53,099 bases of DNA from Octopus bimaculoides (taxonomy: Eukaryota). The position numbers and the translations under genes were made by a program. The notes beneath the pieces were generated by a model. It made no database searches. It had not been told where the DNA came from and saw only the letters and a list, made by a program, of their open reading frames with translations. Location: the NCBI RefSeq assembly GCF_001194135.2, contig NC_068984.1, positions 8,600,266 to 8,653,364 of the forward strand, in the 5' to 3' direction. Positions 50,369 through 53,099 of the stretch are shown in pieces. Within the stretch, counting starts at the first letter, position 1. Every line of letters begins with the position of its first letter.

Positions 50369-52155
50369 CACAGTATAACAAAAGTCCAGACATGTAGGCG
50401 CCTTTAATCCATTCAAACTCCCCAGTGTTTATGTGATAGTAGCAGTCACTCTCCAAATTTAGGTGTAATCGACGTCCCACGCGCTGGTGTAAACAAACAA
50501 CAAACACCCAGCTGTTACTGTAGGCTGCTCAGCATTTGTAGATGGGCCTTCGAGCCTGAAATATAAAGATTTTATTAAACTTTCCACAGAAGCCGTCTAT
50601 TTTCTCTCTTTTTACATTCGTCAATATTACAATGCTTCGAGCGAACTACAACGCTCTTATTATCATTATCTTTCACTTCGGTATAATTTGAGATGTAAAA
50701 CGTATACGTATTTAAATACGCGACACTAATAGTTATGTTAAAAAGTTAAATTTAACATGCAATTAAAGCAAACAAATATGACAGCTACAATTTGCCACTA
50801 AATATCAGATATTAAAATTGTAAGAATTATAATTGAAAATAAAGATTAGATGCAACATAATAATCCGGTAATTCTTTGCAACTGCAGAACAAAGGAACCT
50901 GCACTTCTGACATAAATACATATAATTAGATAATTAGATCGTGCCAGAATGAATCTTATGATGGAATTGTTAAATATTTTAATATAAAACCGTTTAAGAT
51001 AATGGAATTGTCAATATTTATGGTGTAATGTATGCATTTAAAAAGCCAACGATATGTCTTTGTATACGCAGTTACTGATTATTATTAATATCTCCTACAT
51101 AATTAATTATGGAGGACATAGTTTCACACACACACACACAAGCGCATACACACGCATACACACGCACACACAAAAACATACATGCGTAGAGAAATATAGA
51201 CACATATATTCATGCATACATGCTAATGTCTATAGTTACCTGGAGTTGTAGAGGTACCATATTGACAAATGATATGCCTTGGATAATTTTAGAACGACAT
51301 AAATTTCTATATCGTAATAAACGATGTAATTGTTAGTTGGCTGGTTGGTCGGTTGGTGGATTAGCTGTCTGAATTCCCTGCTCACGCTTTACATCGCTTT
51401 ACAAAGAGTGGGGCAGTGAGAGGGGGATAAGAGAGAGAGAGAGACAGAAACAGAGACAGAGAGAGAGATACAGAGAGAGCGAACATAAATGATGCAGGAG
51501 GGGAGCGCATTCATGGTCTGTGACAGACAATGAATAAAAGAGCTCTAAAATGTAATGAGAGAGAGAGAGAGAGAGAAAGAAAGAGAAATAAGCGTATTGA
51601 CAGAAGAGGTGGAGGATGAGGAAAGGGAGGAGAGATAGTAAATGGGAAAGTAGTTATGAGAGAAGTGACACAAATTTGAAATATGTTGTTTTCCATAGAC
51701 ATAAAATACAACCGTGATTGCCACATTCACATGGGAATCAGCCTGAATTTATTAAGAATGAATATTTACGTCTTTGTTTTGTTTTATTACCACCGCCTTA
51801 CTGAAGATAAAGCATTACATAATAGATAAAGCTATAGAGTATATAACCAATTTGACATTATACCCAAGAATTACACAATAATTTCTTGTTGACTAGATGT
51901 ATATACGGATTTCACAAGATGACAGTGACTTTGAAGTGCCGGCCTGCTTGCCTTCGTCTTTTAGTTTAGTATTGACTCTCTAAAGAAAGTGTACCCGATT
52001 CCTTAATAACGGTAAATGATCATTTATTTGGGGTTTGAGAGTTGATTGCTACGCCTGTCAGTGCACAATGTGTTCACAACAAATTACTGAAATGCCTGAT
52101 GACCCTATTAACCTACAGGCAAAGCAAAACTCAGAGGAGCTACGGACTGATTCGA

Positions 52156-52540
52156 GCAGGAGTGGCTGTGTGGTAAGACGTTTACTTCCCAACCACATAG
52201 TTCCGGGTTCAGTCCCACTGCAAGTGTTTCCTACTATAGCCTCGGGCCGACCAAAGTTTTACGAGTGGATTTGGTAGATAGAAACTGAAAGAAGCCGGTC
52301 GTAAATATGTATATGTATGTATATGTATATGTATGTATTTGTGTGTCTGCGTTTGTCCCCCACCATCGCTTGACAACCGATGTTGGTGTGTTTACGTCCC
52401 CGTCACCTAGCGGTTCGGGGAAAAAGAGACTGATAGAATAAGTAGTAGGCTTACAGAGACTAAATCATAGTGTCGATTTGTTCGACTAAAGGTGGTGCTC
52501 CAGCATGGCCGCAGTCAAATGACTAAAACCAGTAAAAGAA
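52156..52540 (+). mobile_element. SINE family A, best-preserved full-length copy
   Basis: A/B boxes, body, (TATGTA)n spacer and tail all contiguous with no gap. Confidence 0.92.
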
Positions 52541-53099
52541 TGAAAAAATAAAAGAATTATGGATAAACTTATGTGTGGTGTGTGCGTGCATGTTTATAAC
52601 TCATCAATCGCTCAAAAGAAATAGAAAAAATATAGATTTATGTCACCCTGCTTAGTGTGACACAACTTTATTCACGCAGGCACGCATGTTAAACATTGCT
52701 CATTGCTCATATTTCTTTAATACAACAAATGTATACGAAGCTAGAAGAATGAATATAACCTGAGGCTTGCAAGAGAATGCATGCGAAATACAAATTCTTA
52801 CGCGTTCATCTCGAATAACTTAAGGAATAAAAATCATGCCGTACATTCAATAAAGAAGTGTCCTGTTAGGCTAACATTGTTGCATAAATAGGTTTTGAGG
52901 CTCCAGTTAAAACGAGTATATTTGTTTACGAATATTCATTTTACGTAGAAATGGATAAAGAAAAAAATATTCGAACACGCTAATTTTTTTCCTTCATATA
53001 TATATATAGAGATGAAGGAAAAAATATATATATTTCTTGTTGTGTACATTTTAATACATTATGACATGTGTTTCATGGCAGATTACAGATTGAGTTGTT

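Overview
AT-rich animal genomic DNA, most likely a coleoid cephalopod such as Octopus. This is inferred from the SINE families and the (TA/CA/TATG/GATA)n load. Many N-gaps. I found no intact host protein-coding gene or convincing spliced exon chain; most ORFs in the track are N-gap or microsatellite artefacts. The window is a nested mobile-element graveyard. It holds three tRNA-derived SINE families, Penelope-like elements (PLE; RT and GIY-YIG fragments), R4/Dong-, RTE- and CR1/L2-like LINE 3' ends, Tc1/mariner (mariner, maT/DD37D, pogo-type MITE), a hAT-like MITE, a Helentron-type HINE and a young Mutator-like MITE with perfect TIRs and a 10-bp TSD. The most interesting signals are: (1) several minimal hammerhead ribozymes in PLE-type terminal repeats, including two well-folding copies with a non-canonical CUGUUGA (A6U) core; (2) a PLE family whose 3' repeat carries a tRNA-like Pol III cassette just upstream of its hammerhead; (3) a decayed ~1.6-kb reading frame tentatively resembling a very large inducible GTPase; (4) a 143-bp satellite built from a SINE hairpin segment; (5) an Asp-rich ORF with a signal-peptide-like N-terminus. 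All family names are from motif recognition, not database searches.
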